Source of the DNA: a virus
Lineage: Duplodnaviria; Heunggongvirae; Uroviricota; Caudoviricetes
Reading direction: 5' to 3' (one strand)
Length of the DNA stretch: 64,000 bases
IMG/VR virus record: IMGVR_UViG_2609460125_000009
Shown: piece after piece, positions 9,472 to 19,600 of the stretch
How positions within the stretch are numbered: position 1 is the first letter of the stretch
How the letters are laid out: each line of letters opens with the position of its first letter
Program-made: the position numbers and the translations under genes
Notes under the pieces: model-generated
What the model was told of the DNA's origin: nothing
Database searches by the model: none
The model's input: the letters and a program-made list of their open reading frames with translations, nothing else

Positions 9472-9835
9472 ACACAACAGGTAAGAGCATTGGGCGAATC
9501 GGCGATACTGACCCACAAGCCCGTAAATCGATAGAGTCAGACCAGTGCTCTTACCGTTGTGAGGAAGTGCAGCTCTTTGAAGCAACCAGAAGATAAGCAT
9601 CTGGCTTCACAACACAACGATAAGATCATTACGGTTAATCGTCGTTCATGTGCACAATGACTGGTCGAAAGGTAGTGATCTTACCGTTGTGGTGGATTCG
9701 CAGACTGATGCGATAGCTTTCTTGGATGTTAGGGAAATGCGGCCGCAAATCTTCCCTTTCGCGAGCGGTGATCGTCCGTAGTCCTAATTGGCTGCACCGT
9801 ATGCCGGAGATTCAGTACCGGCCACCACAACGGCC

Positions 9836-9922
9836 GGAGAGTAGGGAGCATGGTGCTCAAGCGGTCTTGAAAACCGTCCCATTGCGCAAGCGATGATGGT
9901 TCGATTCCATTACTCTCCGCCA
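9836..9922 (+). tRNA. tRNA-like gene, probably tRNA-Ser (anticodon TGA), non-canonical D-arm
   Basis: acceptor ggagagt/actctcc, anticodon arm gcggt-ctTGAaa-accgt, long variable arm, T-arm gatgg-ttcgatt-ccatt, G + CCA; D-arm does not fold cleanly. Confidence 0.45.
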
Positions 9923-10077
9923 GACACAGCGTTGAGCGGTTTGGCCTTTTAATCACCCAGATTAAGACTCCGCTAACATAAACCAGACCGCTCAACGCTG
10001 TGATAGACAATTACGGCAGACGTTCTTAACCATAGCTTGCTAACATCCTAGCAACACTTTTTTTCAGCGCAAAATTC

Positions 10078-10100
10078 AAAGGGGCTTCGGCCCCTTTTTT
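10078..10100 (+). terminator. rho-independent terminator after the tRNA cluster
   Basis: aaaggggc-ttcg-gcccc followed by tttttt. Confidence 0.7.
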
Positions 10101-10143
10101 GCAACTGAAAGAGTCAAGTCTACGAACTTTGTAGGAAGAAATA

Positions 10144-10494
10144 ATGACCAGCAAAGATAACACACCACTAAAAGTCACCCCTGAACACATTGAACAACTC
10201 ATTCAAAGTGAACATTATTTCACTGCATATGATGCCAGCCACGGGGATAACTTCATCTCCGTTTACAATTCAAAAACAGATATCGACAAATGTCATGAGT
10301 CGTTAAAACTCTTAACGTTCTGCGTTATGGTTCTCAAAAATGGATATACCGTAACGGGAAAATCTGCGTGCGTAAGACCAGAAATCTTCAACTTTGATGT
10401 TGGTCGCGAGTACGCTCGAAAAGATGCTATCGATCAAATCTGGCCCCTGGAAGGCTATCTCCTGAAGCAAAAGTGGCATGAGGCAAAGCAATGA
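10144..10494 (+). CDS. hypothetical protein
   Basis: 116-aa ORF with AGGA RBS. Confidence 0.55.
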   Translation: MTSKDNTPLKVTPEHIEQLIQSEHYFTAYDASHGDNFISVYNSKTDIDKCHESLKLLTFCVMVLKNGYTVTGKSACVRPEIFNFDVGREYARKDAIDQIWPLEGYLLKQKWHEAKQ

Positions 10495-10736
10495 CGATCA
10501 CTATCTACGGACGAGATAACTGCTCATTCTGCAAACGTGCGGTCGAGCTGGCGAAGCAACTAAAGGGACATGGCTACGGTGATTATGAGTACATCGACAT
10601 CACCACTGCCGGTATCGACAAGGAAAAACTAAGTGAAATTGTTGGTAAACCGGTAGAGACTATCCCCCAAGTGCTGATCGATGGCCAACCGATTGGCGGA
10701 TACACAGAACTGGCTGCATACGTCAGCACCCTCTGA
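10491..10736 (+). CDS. glutaredoxin/NrdH-like redoxin
   Basis: 81 aa, N-terminal CSFC (CxxC) active site and thioredoxin-fold spacing (TIPQVLIDGQPIGGY). Confidence 0.7.
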   Translation: MTITIYGRDNCSFCKRAVELAKQLKGHGYGDYEYIDITTAGIDKEKLSEIVGKPVETIPQVLIDGQPIGGYTELAAYVSTL

Positions 10737-10815
10737 TTTTAACGGCTCACAGGAGCCGTTTTTATTCCCACCAAACTCACTCCCGTTTCCCTTAAAATTC
10801 AAAAAACAACGTCAA

Positions 10816-10848
10816 AATGATTCCATACCTACTATGTATGGAATCATT
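10816..10848. repeat. loxP-like site: perfect 13-bp inverted repeats AATGATTCCATAC flanking a 7-bp asymmetric spacer CTACTAT
   Basis: Read directly; lies ~100 bp upstream of the tyrosine recombinase gene; additional copies of the 13-mer at 8008-8020, 9020-9032 and (reverse) 16867-16879. Confidence 0.5.
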
Positions 10849-10902
10849 AGTAAAAATGAGTTACTTTTACTCTTGATCCTATAAGAATCTATGCCTAATA
10901 TA

Positions 10903-10918
10903 CTGTTTACTTATACAG
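10903..10918. promoter_or_regulatory. LexA-box-like palindrome CTGT-N8-ACAG upstream of the recombinase gene
   Basis: taCTGTttacttatACAGta, 29 bp upstream of ATG 10947. Confidence 0.4.
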
Positions 10919-10946
10919 TACATCGGCGTAACTCGGTGATTGTCAT

Positions 10947-12050
10947 ATGAAAAATAGCTTTGACAGAGCACGCGCTGCGGAGAACACCTCAAAAGAGGCG
11001 ATTGAGTATCTCGAAAGAGCATCTCAAATGCAGGCCGTTATGATCTCCCAGGTCAGCAATGACATGAGATTCTCGGACGCATTCATGTTATTCACTCGCT
11101 TATCTCTGCTGATAACAAGACGTCGGCCAGAGATCGCTGTTCATTGTATTTTGATACATGTTTTGCCGCACATTGCCGATGTAAAAGTAAGTGATATTAA
11201 TAGGTTCATGGTGAACCAACTGGTCAACCCACTAATACTGGATGGCAAAATTGTTATGGGTCGCCGCGTTTTCTCTCTGATGAAGCAGTTCCTCAGCTGG
11301 TGCGCCTTCCAGGGGATGATCGACGTGTCACCGTTAAACGATATGTCACTTAACAAAGTTGCCGGTGGCGCAAAGCCCACACCTCGCGAGCGGAAGCTGA
11401 CCGACGCAGAGGTATGGGTGTTCTGGAATATATGGGACTACTTCAATGTGTGTGCTGGTACAAAATGGGCGGCCAGGCTATGTCTTGTATCCGCAAGACG
11501 ACCTGACGAAGTACTGCGGGCTAAAAAAAGTGAGTTCAATCTTAAGCGTGGGGTTTGGAATCAAGGCAAGAGGAACAAATCTGCCCGTGAGCATTCTCTG
11601 CCTTTAAGCTCATTAATGCGCACTTGTATTGAAGAGTTGTTCGAATATGGTAAAGACAGCCAGTGGCTCGTGCCTTCGAATAAAAAAATCGGGAAAGACC
11701 TTCCTATGTCTAAAGTGGCAATAGCCCAGGCATTACGTCGTATTCTGGAACGACCAGAACTGATGGAGCTTGAGCCATTTACACCCCGAGATTTGCGCCG
11801 TACTGCGCGTAGTTACTTCCCAGCATTAGGCATAAGCCAGGAGGTATCACGTAAAATCATGAACCACAGTCTTGAGGGGATAGATCGGGTCTACGACCGG
11901 CACGATTATATGGACGAGATGCGAGACGCCTTAGAAAGTTTCTCGACGTACATCGCATCAATCGTAGAGCAACCGGATTTAGACGAAATTGACCACAAAT
12001 TTAAGGGAGATCGTCTATCAACAGAGCTTATTCGTGTAAATTTTTCATAG
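10947..12050 (+). CDS. tyrosine site-specific recombinase/integrase
   Basis: C-terminal catalytic domain with R ... HSL ... R ... Y pattern (RDLRRTARSY, NHSLEG, VYDRHDY); no clear RBS so start is uncertain. Confidence 0.75.
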   Translation: MKNSFDRARAAENTSKEAIEYLERASQMQAVMISQVSNDMRFSDAFMLFTRLSLLITRRRPEIAVHCILIHVLPHIADVKVSDINRFMVNQLVNPLILDGKIVMGRRVFSLMKQFLSWCAFQGMIDVSPLNDMSLNKVAGGAKPTPRERKLTDAEVWVFWNIWDYFNVCAGTKWAARLCLVSARRPDEVLRAKKSEFNLKRGVWNQGKRNKSAREHSLPLSSLMRTCIEELFEYGKDSQWLVPSNKKIGKDLPMSKVAIAQALRRILERPELMELEPFTPRDLRRTARSYFPALGISQEVSRKIMNHSLEGIDRVYDRHDYMDEMRDALESFSTYIASIVEQPDLDEIDHKFKGDRLSTELIRVNFS

Positions 12051-12431
12051 AGACTTTATGGCCTCAACAACCTTTTGTGATGCGCCTTTCTCTTTACCGA
12101 ATCGCTCGTTATATGCAGCAAGAACCTGTTTTTCGTCCTCGTTAAGAGGAGCAGTGCCTTCTTTGTATAAAAATGCTGCGAGTTCGGGTTGGCGTTCTTC
12201 CAGCACCATCATCATAAGACGACTTGGCTCAATACCCAGTGCCAGCGCCAGCGGACGAACCTTATCGATAGGCAAAGGAATTTTGCCGCTTTTAATTAAA
12301 GAAAGGTTGTTGGCGTTTTTATACCCAATTGTTTTGGCTATCTGGGCCTGGCTCATAGGTGAGGATTCAATCAACCCTGCGATAAAAGCAGCGTAGCGAC
12401 TTTCTATAAATTCAATCTTGTTATCAGACAT
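12045..12431 (-). CDS. XRE-family helix-turn-helix transcriptional regulator
   Basis: HTH SQAQIAKTIGYKNANNLSLIKSGK; convergent with the recombinase gene. Confidence 0.65.
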   Translation of the reverse strand: MSDNKIEFIESRYAAFIAGLIESSPMSQAQIAKTIGYKNANNLSLIKSGKIPLPIDKVRPLALALGIEPSRLMMMVLEERQPELAAFLYKEGTAPLNEDEKQVLAAYNERFGKEKGASQKVVEAIKSL

Positions 12432-12682
12432 GGTTACAACCTTTGCGCGTTCAATTCTCTCTGGTAAGTGCTTACCGATATTACATCAAAGGTTAGGGTT
12501 GTAAAGCTATTATCATTTTTTTCGATAGGCACTTAAAAGACCGGTTAAAGGCCATTGCACGGAGAAAAATTAGCCCAAAATAGGTAAGAAAATCAACTTG
12601 CATATGATATGAATGTATTCAGTATTGATACAAATTTTAGTAGTATTCCTTACCATAGTATAAGTTAGAATGGATTGATTGA

Positions 12683-12895
12683 ATGAACACCACTATTTCC
12701 AGCCTAATCGCTCTTGAGATCGGACACGTACAGAAATTAGCTGATGAGTGTGTAGCTGACATCCTCACCGATCTACCGAATGAGCAGATTCAGGTTGGTG
12801 TGAATGACACAACTGGATTTATATTCGAACTTAACAACAAACGCTTCACGCTTCTCAATACCGGCTCCGGGTCTTTAGCCGTCAGAATCTGTTAA
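12683..12895 (+). CDS. hypothetical protein (70 aa)
   Basis: ORF in track only; weak support. Confidence 0.3.
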   Translation: MNTTISSLIALEIGHVQKLADECVADILTDLPNEQIQVGVNDTTGFIFELNNKRFTLLNTGSGSLAVRIC

Positions 12896-12993
12896 CCCCT
12901 CTTCTCCCTGCGCGAATGGCTTAGTTCCCTGTTCGCGCAGTGCTACATTAAACACACTAGTAAATAATTTGTTTTCATAACAAAGGATTAGCC

Positions 12994-15102
12994 ATGTCTA
13001 AAAAACGTTCCATCAAAGAGGTTCAGGACTTCCGTGACAGTGTAAAACGAGTAGTCGCTCTCCTTTCAGGTAAAAACATCCCTGTTGCAGAACGAGGGGA
13101 CGACGCTTATGTACGCTATAACGATGATGGAGAGCCAATTCTCGTAAACATCCCATCAATCCCGGATAACGCAACACCGGCATTGATGAATGCTGTGCGC
13201 GGATTTCTCGATCATGAGGTTGCTCACATTTTGTTTACCGATATTCGTGTGTCCAACAAAATGAGAGAAAAAGGACGCGTTCCTTCCTGGTCGCTATGGA
13301 ATGCCTTAGAAGACGTGTTCATCGAGCGAAAAATGGGTCAGGTCTTTAACGGAACAAGACGTAATCTGATGGCAACTCAGCGCCTTATAATCGAAAAAGT
13401 CTTTAAACCAAAGGCTTCAGAGGCTATTGCTTATTGTGGCAAAGATCAGCGCGCGCTTTTTCTAAACTTCTTTCTCTGTCCGGTTGTAAGAGCCTGGGAT
13501 GGCCAAGCACCGTTCGTAGATTTCATGGATGAATATTGGCCTGTCATTGAGAAACCAATTTCATTATTAAAAGAACATGGTATCGATGTGGCCGTGCGTA
13601 ACATGTCTTGCACCGAGGATTGTGTAAAGGTGGCTGCGACCATAGCTAAGATCCTCAAAGACACTGAAAGTGAAAGCAAAGGTAAGGAGTCAGCTCCGGG
13701 AAAAACTTCCGATCCTTCAGACGCTGACCAGACGGATGCCTCTGGAGAAAACAATGAAGACAACGAAGATCATGAGACACCCTCAGCGTTAGATAATCAC
13801 AAATCTATCAAATCAGAATCACACAGTAAGCACAAACATGATAATAACGACGGTGATGATTCAGATAATTCTGAATCATCAGAAACAATATTCGATGATA
13901 CAGAAAATGATAAAGAGGTATCAGATTCTGATGCTTCTGATAACGCGGTGTCAGAATCATTTACCGCTGACCACGAAAAAAGAAAAACGACAGAAGACGG
14001 CTCTTCAGATATCCCAACTCCGTCAAAAATGAGTCTGGAAGAGGCTTTAGAGGAGCTGGATAGCATAGAAGATGAAGTCGGAGGCATGACAGAAGATGCT
14101 CTATCCGAAACGATTAAAAGCGAGTTAACAGAAACCTCGAAAAGCGAATACAGGCCATACAATCGCTCATACGACTTCATCGGCTCGATTGATCAGGCAG
14201 AAGCCCATATCAAACGGCTTATTAAAACATTCTCCGATATTGATTTAGGAGGATATCCAATCAGCCGCTATCGCATCGTTCCTGAAGGCAACCAGCTCTT
14301 CGACAAATATATTGAAAAGCATCTTTCGTCAGGTGTTTCGTCGACGCTGGCAAAAGACCTGGAGCGAGCAATAGCAAGCAGAAACAGAGTTCAGTTTATA
14401 CCGGGCCAGCGTCGGGGGCGCATTCATGGTTCTAGTATCTACAGATTAGCAATGAATGATGATCGCGTGTTTCGTAAAAAAGAAGAATCTAAAGCCGTTA
14501 ACGCCTGTGTTCAGCAAGTGATTGATTTATCAGGTTCAATGAGTGGTATAACGATACAATTGGCTCTTGCAAGTGCATATACCATCGCCGATGCCCTTGA
14601 TCGAATAAATGTTCCCAACATTATCACCGGCTTCACTACATTTGGTAGTCATATGGCGGCAGGAGAACTTAAGGCTGTCAAGTATGAGTTCTCTCGCTTT
14701 GAATCTTTAATGCTACCTATCATCAAAAATTGGAATGAAAAGGTAAATTCTCGCGAAGTTCGCTCACGTATGGGGTGCGTAGGCTACACATTCCCACTTC
14801 TTAATAACGTGGATGGTGAAAGCATAGCCAGCCTTGCATCGTTATTTTCCGGTCGCATGGAGGACAGGAAGATCATGCTTGTTCTGAGTGATGGCGCGCC
14901 GTGGGCTGTTGGGAGAGGTTTTGACGCTCATTTGCGTTCGGTTGCGAAGCAAATTGAAACGCAGACTGACATTGATTTGATGGCAATTGGCATCATGACT
15001 GACGCACCGGAGAGATTATACTCAAATCATGCCCTGGTAACGAGCGTTGATAGTCTTGGTTCATCTGTAGTTACTGAACTATCTCGTATCATTTTAAAGT
15101 GA
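12994..15102 (+). CDS. VWA-domain protein, CobT-like
   Basis: C-terminal MIDAS-like DLSGSMSG, long acidic/Ser-rich central linker; paired with the downstream AAA+ ATPase. Confidence 0.65.
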   Translation: MSKKRSIKEVQDFRDSVKRVVALLSGKNIPVAERGDDAYVRYNDDGEPILVNIPSIPDNATPALMNAVRGFLDHEVAHILFTDIRVSNKMREKGRVPSWSLWNALEDVFIERKMGQVFNGTRRNLMATQRLIIEKVFKPKASEAIAYCGKDQRALFLNFFLCPVVRAWDGQAPFVDFMDEYWPVIEKPISLLKEHGIDVAVRNMSCTEDCVKVAATIAKILKDTESESKGKESAPGKTSDPSDADQTDASGENNEDNEDHETPSALDNHKSIKSESHSKHKHDNNDGDDSDNSESSETIFDDTENDKEVSDSDASDNAVSESFTADHEKRKTTEDGSSDIPTPSKMSLEEALEELDSIEDEVGGMTEDALSETIKSELTETSKSEYRPYNRSYDFIGSIDQAEAHIKRLIKTFSDIDLGGYPISRYRIVPEGNQLFDKYIEKHLSSGVSSTLAKDLERAIASRNRVQFIPGQRRGRIHGSSIYRLAMNDDRVFRKKEESKAVNACVQQVIDLSGSMSGITIQLALASAYTIADALDRINVPNIITGFTTFGSHMAAGELKAVKYEFSRFESLMLPIIKNWNEKVNSREVRSRMGCVGYTFPLLNNVDGESIASLASLFSGRMEDRKIMLVLSDGAPWAVGRGFDAHLRSVAKQIETQTDIDLMAIGIMTDAPERLYSNHALVTSVDSLGSSVVTELSRIILK

Positions 15103-15197
15103 ACAAAACAGCCTTAACGATAAGTAACCACTTACGATAGATAATGATATATTTATATAAGAAGTTGAACGCTCATTAGAAAACAAAGGAAAAACGC

Positions 15198-16433
15198 ATG
15201 ACTACTACTGCACTGCAAAATGAAAACAATCCTTCTGATTACCTTGTTTGCAAGTGGTGCGGAAAATCATTTCACTATTTTAAGTCCCATGTTGCCAATG
15301 GTAATTGCGAGGGCATTCCTGAGTCAGTAAAAGATGCCGATCCTGACACCGTACTGAAAATGTACACAACACAGTTTCCAGATGAGCCAACGCTATCGAA
15401 AAAGGCACTTGATGCAATTCAAGCTAAACGTGCCGAGCAAAAAAGCGAAATGGCCAAATCATCTGGCGTGACCAGTAGCCCAGGCTACACAGGCACAGTT
15501 GAGTACAAGACAGATCTGGTCGCAGCTCACGAACTGCTAAATGTAACGGTGAAAGAACTCGGAACAAAACGTGGGACGCCGCTCATGGTTAGCGTCAACG
15601 TCAATACGCCGTTTCCAGAGTTCGTTCCAGAAGTGAAGAAGGGATACGTATATGGCGACTTCGAACTGATCAAAGACATTTTCATGATGCTTGAACTTGG
15701 CATACCTGGCTATTTGTGGGGTCATGCAGGAACAGGCAAATCGTCATTGCCTACACAACTATGTGCTTTGCTCAATCGTCCGTTGATCCGTGCCCAACAT
15801 ACAGCATCAATGGAAGAGGCACATGTTACGGGGCAAATTCTGGCGCGTGATGGCTCTACGTATTTCGAGCCTGGCTTGCTTGCGCTCGCAATGAAGCATG
15901 GCTGGGTTTACCTCGCGGATGAATACGACTTTGCGTTTCCACAAATTCTTGGCGTGTATCAGCCAGTGCTGGAAGGTGAAGCGTTAGTCATCAAAGAGGC
16001 GACTCCAGAATGGCGTCGCATTACTCCGCATGAACGGTTTGCTTTCATTGGCACTGGCAACACGAACGGATCTGGTGATGAAACCGGCTTGTACCAGGGT
16101 ACAAACATCCAGAACGCCGCGAACTTTTCGCGTTTTGGCATCGTTTCGAATGTGAAATACATGAGCAAAGAGGCAGAGATCAACATGTTGATAAATGCCG
16201 GTATCGTGGATGAATACGCAGAAAAGATGGTTAAGTTTGCCGGTATCGTTCGCGATGGATACGAAGAACACCTTATCAGTCAGCCAATTGGCCCTCGTGA
16301 ACTTTTGTTGTCGGCCAAGATTGGAATGATGCGAGGCGACTTTGTGACAGGTATTGAGCGTTCTTTCATTAACAAACTCCCTTCAGCTTCTGCACAAGCG
16401 GCTCGTGAAGTTGTTCAAAAAATATTTGGTTGA
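15198..16433 (+). CDS. AAA+ ATPase, CobS/MoxR-like
   Basis: Walker A GHAGTGKSSL, Walker B VYLADEYD, sensor region; conserved AAAGGAAAAACGCATG start context. Confidence 0.7.
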   Translation: MTTTALQNENNPSDYLVCKWCGKSFHYFKSHVANGNCEGIPESVKDADPDTVLKMYTTQFPDEPTLSKKALDAIQAKRAEQKSEMAKSSGVTSSPGYTGTVEYKTDLVAAHELLNVTVKELGTKRGTPLMVSVNVNTPFPEFVPEVKKGYVYGDFELIKDIFMMLELGIPGYLWGHAGTGKSSLPTQLCALLNRPLIRAQHTASMEEAHVTGQILARDGSTYFEPGLLALAMKHGWVYLADEYDFAFPQILGVYQPVLEGEALVIKEATPEWRRITPHERFAFIGTGNTNGSGDETGLYQGTNIQNAANFSRFGIVSNVKYMSKEAEINMLINAGIVDEYAEKMVKFAGIVRDGYEEHLISQPIGPRELLLSAKIGMMRGDFVTGIERSFINKLPSASAQAAREVVQKIFG

Positions 16434-16613
16434 TCGTGCGTAAAGGATGTTTCGGCTCTCTTATCGCTGCTTCTGAAACTGGTAAGGCTTGTCTGGTGTG
16501 TCCAGACAAGCCCGATTGTCACCAATCAGCAAAAGAAGTTGCGATTTCGATGCATGGGAAGTTCGTAGGCTTCCCAAATGACAAAATCAAAAAAACCAGA
16601 AAGGTAAAAACAC

Positions 16614-19600
16614 ATGAAGGCACTGATGGTTCGAACTGACTTCTCACTTGGGGAGTCGGCTTTAAAAGCAGAAAACGCGGTGAAGATTGCCAGAGAAGCT
16701 GGCTACACCGCTGTAATTTCAGCAGATAGCATGAATATTGCGAGCGTTATTCCACTACAACGTGCCGCTGGTGACGACATGGCGGTTATTTGTGGTGTGA
16801 AACTAAACATCGTTGATGATCCCACATACGAGCACCGGGCTAAACTTGCTAAAGAGTCTAAGGGATGTATGGAATCATTGGAGCGAGGACGTAACTACTC
16901 GTTTACCGCTCTAATTAAAAATGAGAAAGGATATCGCGACATCTGCGAACTAATGACGGCGGCCAACACACGAGAACAGTTCTACTTTGTACCGCGTCTC
17001 TCGCTCGAACAGTTGGTTTCTACATATGCCAAAGGCAACATCATCCTGCTTACTTCCGACATCGGTAGCGTGTTCCAACGCAACGATTTTGCAAAAATCA
17101 TAAGCACACTGATTACAGCGGGTGGAAAAGACAACTTCTATAGTGTGGTTTATCCGCACCCTACCCCATTCTACGACCAGATTAACGTCCGGGCGATGAA
17201 AGTCGCCAGCGCATTGAAAATAGAGCCAGTGGCGTTCTATCCCGCTTATTACGAATCGATCGACGATGCAGACATTAAAGACATTGCGCACATGGTTACG
17301 AACAACATAAAAATCGACCAGCCGCATCGTCTGCGTATCCCCCACCAGCGAGATAACGCCATCAATGGTCGTCGCCATCTCCTTGAGGCGCTTAAAGCCT
17401 TCTCCGTTCGCATGGATGTGCCGGTAACAGCTGCAATGGCCTCAACAACGCAGGACTCCATTATCGATGCCTGCACATGGCGCTGGCATGAATTGCCACC
17501 AGCACTGCCCAAGATGGCAGACGACGAACCTGCAACGCTGATGAAACTGGCTGTTGCAGGGCTGCGTAAACGTCTTACCACAAAAGAGTTTGGATACACA
17601 CCACCTGCTTCTGAGAACAGGGTTTATGTTGAGCGGCTAAAGTACGAAATGGACACGCTGACTCGCCTGGGATTCTGTGGTTACTTCCTGATGGTACGCG
17701 ATCTGATGAATCACAGCCGTGAAACTGGCATTCCTGTCGGGCCTGGTCGTGGTTCCTCTGCCGGTTCTCTGGTGGCGTGGTGCATAGGCATAACCAACGT
17801 CGACCCAATCCGTCACGGTCTTCTGTTTGAGCGTTTCATCAACCCTGAGCGTCTCGACTTGCCGGATGCTGACTTGGACTTCAGCCAGGCACGTCGCCAT
17901 GAGGTGATCGAGTATCTGAATGAACGCTACGGCGAAGATTACGTTGCAGGCATTCCGAACTTCACCTATCTGGGCGCGGCATCTGCGCTGCGTGACACTG
18001 CACGTATTTACGGTGTCGATGCTGCGGATATGGCGGTATCCAAAGAGTTCAAGAATATGGAGGACGACAGCCTGTCTCTGGAAGAGCTGCGCGAGCAACT
18101 GGCCAGCCTGGACAAATACGCCACGAAAAACCCGGAAGCGTTCAAAGCGGCGTGTAAGCTGCAAAGCCTGATGCGTGGTTTTGGTCGTCACGCTGCGGGG
18201 ATGATCGTCGCTGGCGTTCCATTAGTAGAGCGCACGCCCGTCGAGCTGCGTGGCAATGCTCGATGTATTGCGTTCGATAAACGTTACTGCGAGGCGATGG
18301 GGCTGATTAAGTTGGACGTTCTCGGTCTGGCAACACTCGATCTTCTGGATAGCGCGAAACGCTACATCAAAGAGAGTACCGGTGAAGACATCAATCTCGA
18401 CGCTATCCCACTGGACGATCGCAAGGTTCTGGATGGGTTCGCTGCAGGGTACACGCAGGGCGTATTCCAGCTGGAGTCCGGCCCCATGCGTAAGCTGCTT
18501 AAAGATCTGGGCGGTGGCATCGAGCCAATGAGTTTCAAAACCGTTGTCGCAACTACCGCCCTCTTCCGACCGGGACCGATTCAATCCGGCATGTTGGATG
18601 ACTATGTTTCCGTTGCGAAAGGATTTATGACGCCTACATCACTACATCCTGTCTTGGATGAACTGACCTCTGAAACAAATGGAGTGATTCTCTATCAGGA
18701 ACAAACGATGAACGCAACAAGGCTTCTTGCTGGTTTCACAATGGCCGAGGCGGATGGTGTGCGTTCAGCAATCGGTAAGAAGAACATGGAAAAGATGAGG
18801 AGCATGGGTGAGAAATTTGTCATTCAGGCTCAAGCTGGGTGGATCGACGTAGAGCTTGAAAATGGCGCAATACAACGGATTCATCGCGCAGAACATTTTA
18901 AATGCGAGGACGGTACTCTGAGGACAGTTGAAGAGGCGTTGGAGCATGGAGTGAAGCTGCCAATGCCAGTTGTGCGCGTTACAACGTCACATCCAGGTCT
19001 GTCTGAGACGAAGGCAAAAGAGATATGGACTGCATTTGAGAAAAACGGAGCCTATCAGTTCAATAAATCACACTCCGTTGCTTATTCTTTAATCAGTTAT
19101 CAGTCTATGTGGCTAAAGACGCACTACCCTGCTGAGTTCTTCGCAGCTGCGCTCACCATTCTGGGCGAGGATAAGCATCAGGGGCTGGTGAAGGATGCGC
19201 TGACCTATGGCATTCGCGTATTGCCACCAGACGTTAATGTGTCATCTAACCGAATTGAGATCCGCACACTCGAAGACGGCAGTCAGGCACTGTATGCGCC
19301 ATTCTCTGCTGTGAAAGGCTGTTCTGAAAATGGTTGTCAGGCAATTATGCGTGCGCGTGAGAAAGTTGGTGGCAAATTCGAGTCAGTGGCACAATTCGAT
19401 GAAGCGGTCGAGAAGCGTGCATGTAACAGTCGTGTACGCGAGTCGCTTCATAAAGTAGGGGCTTTTGCGTCAATTGAGCCAGGCAGTCTGCCAGCAACTG
19501 ATCCTGAACGACTGCGCGACCAGGCTGAGCTGATGGGCAATCTCATCATTGACGCTGTTAAAGCATCACGTCCGTTCGAAATGAATCCTAAGCGTTCTGC

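Noticed and set aside
9729-10010. 93-aa minus-strand ORF and 9251-9596 plus-strand ORFs
   Set aside because: Overlap tRNA genes and hairpin repeats; the region is better explained as structured RNA.
9225-12050. tRNA cluster + integrase as a classical tRNA-targeted island boundary
   Set aside because: The tRNAs form a phage-style Asn-Tyr-Thr(-Ser) cluster unlike host tRNA loci, and element-type replication genes lie on both sides, so this is not an attL/attR junction; the recombinase is more likely an internal resolution/inversion enzyme.
16430-16639. 69-aa Cys-containing ORF with TTG start
   Set aside because: Overlaps the well-supported Pol III alpha start by 26 nt and lacks an RBS; possibly real but unsupported.
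16950-18584. Several 77-184-aa minus-strand ORFs inside the Pol III alpha gene
   Set aside because: All antisense to a long, well-supported coding region.
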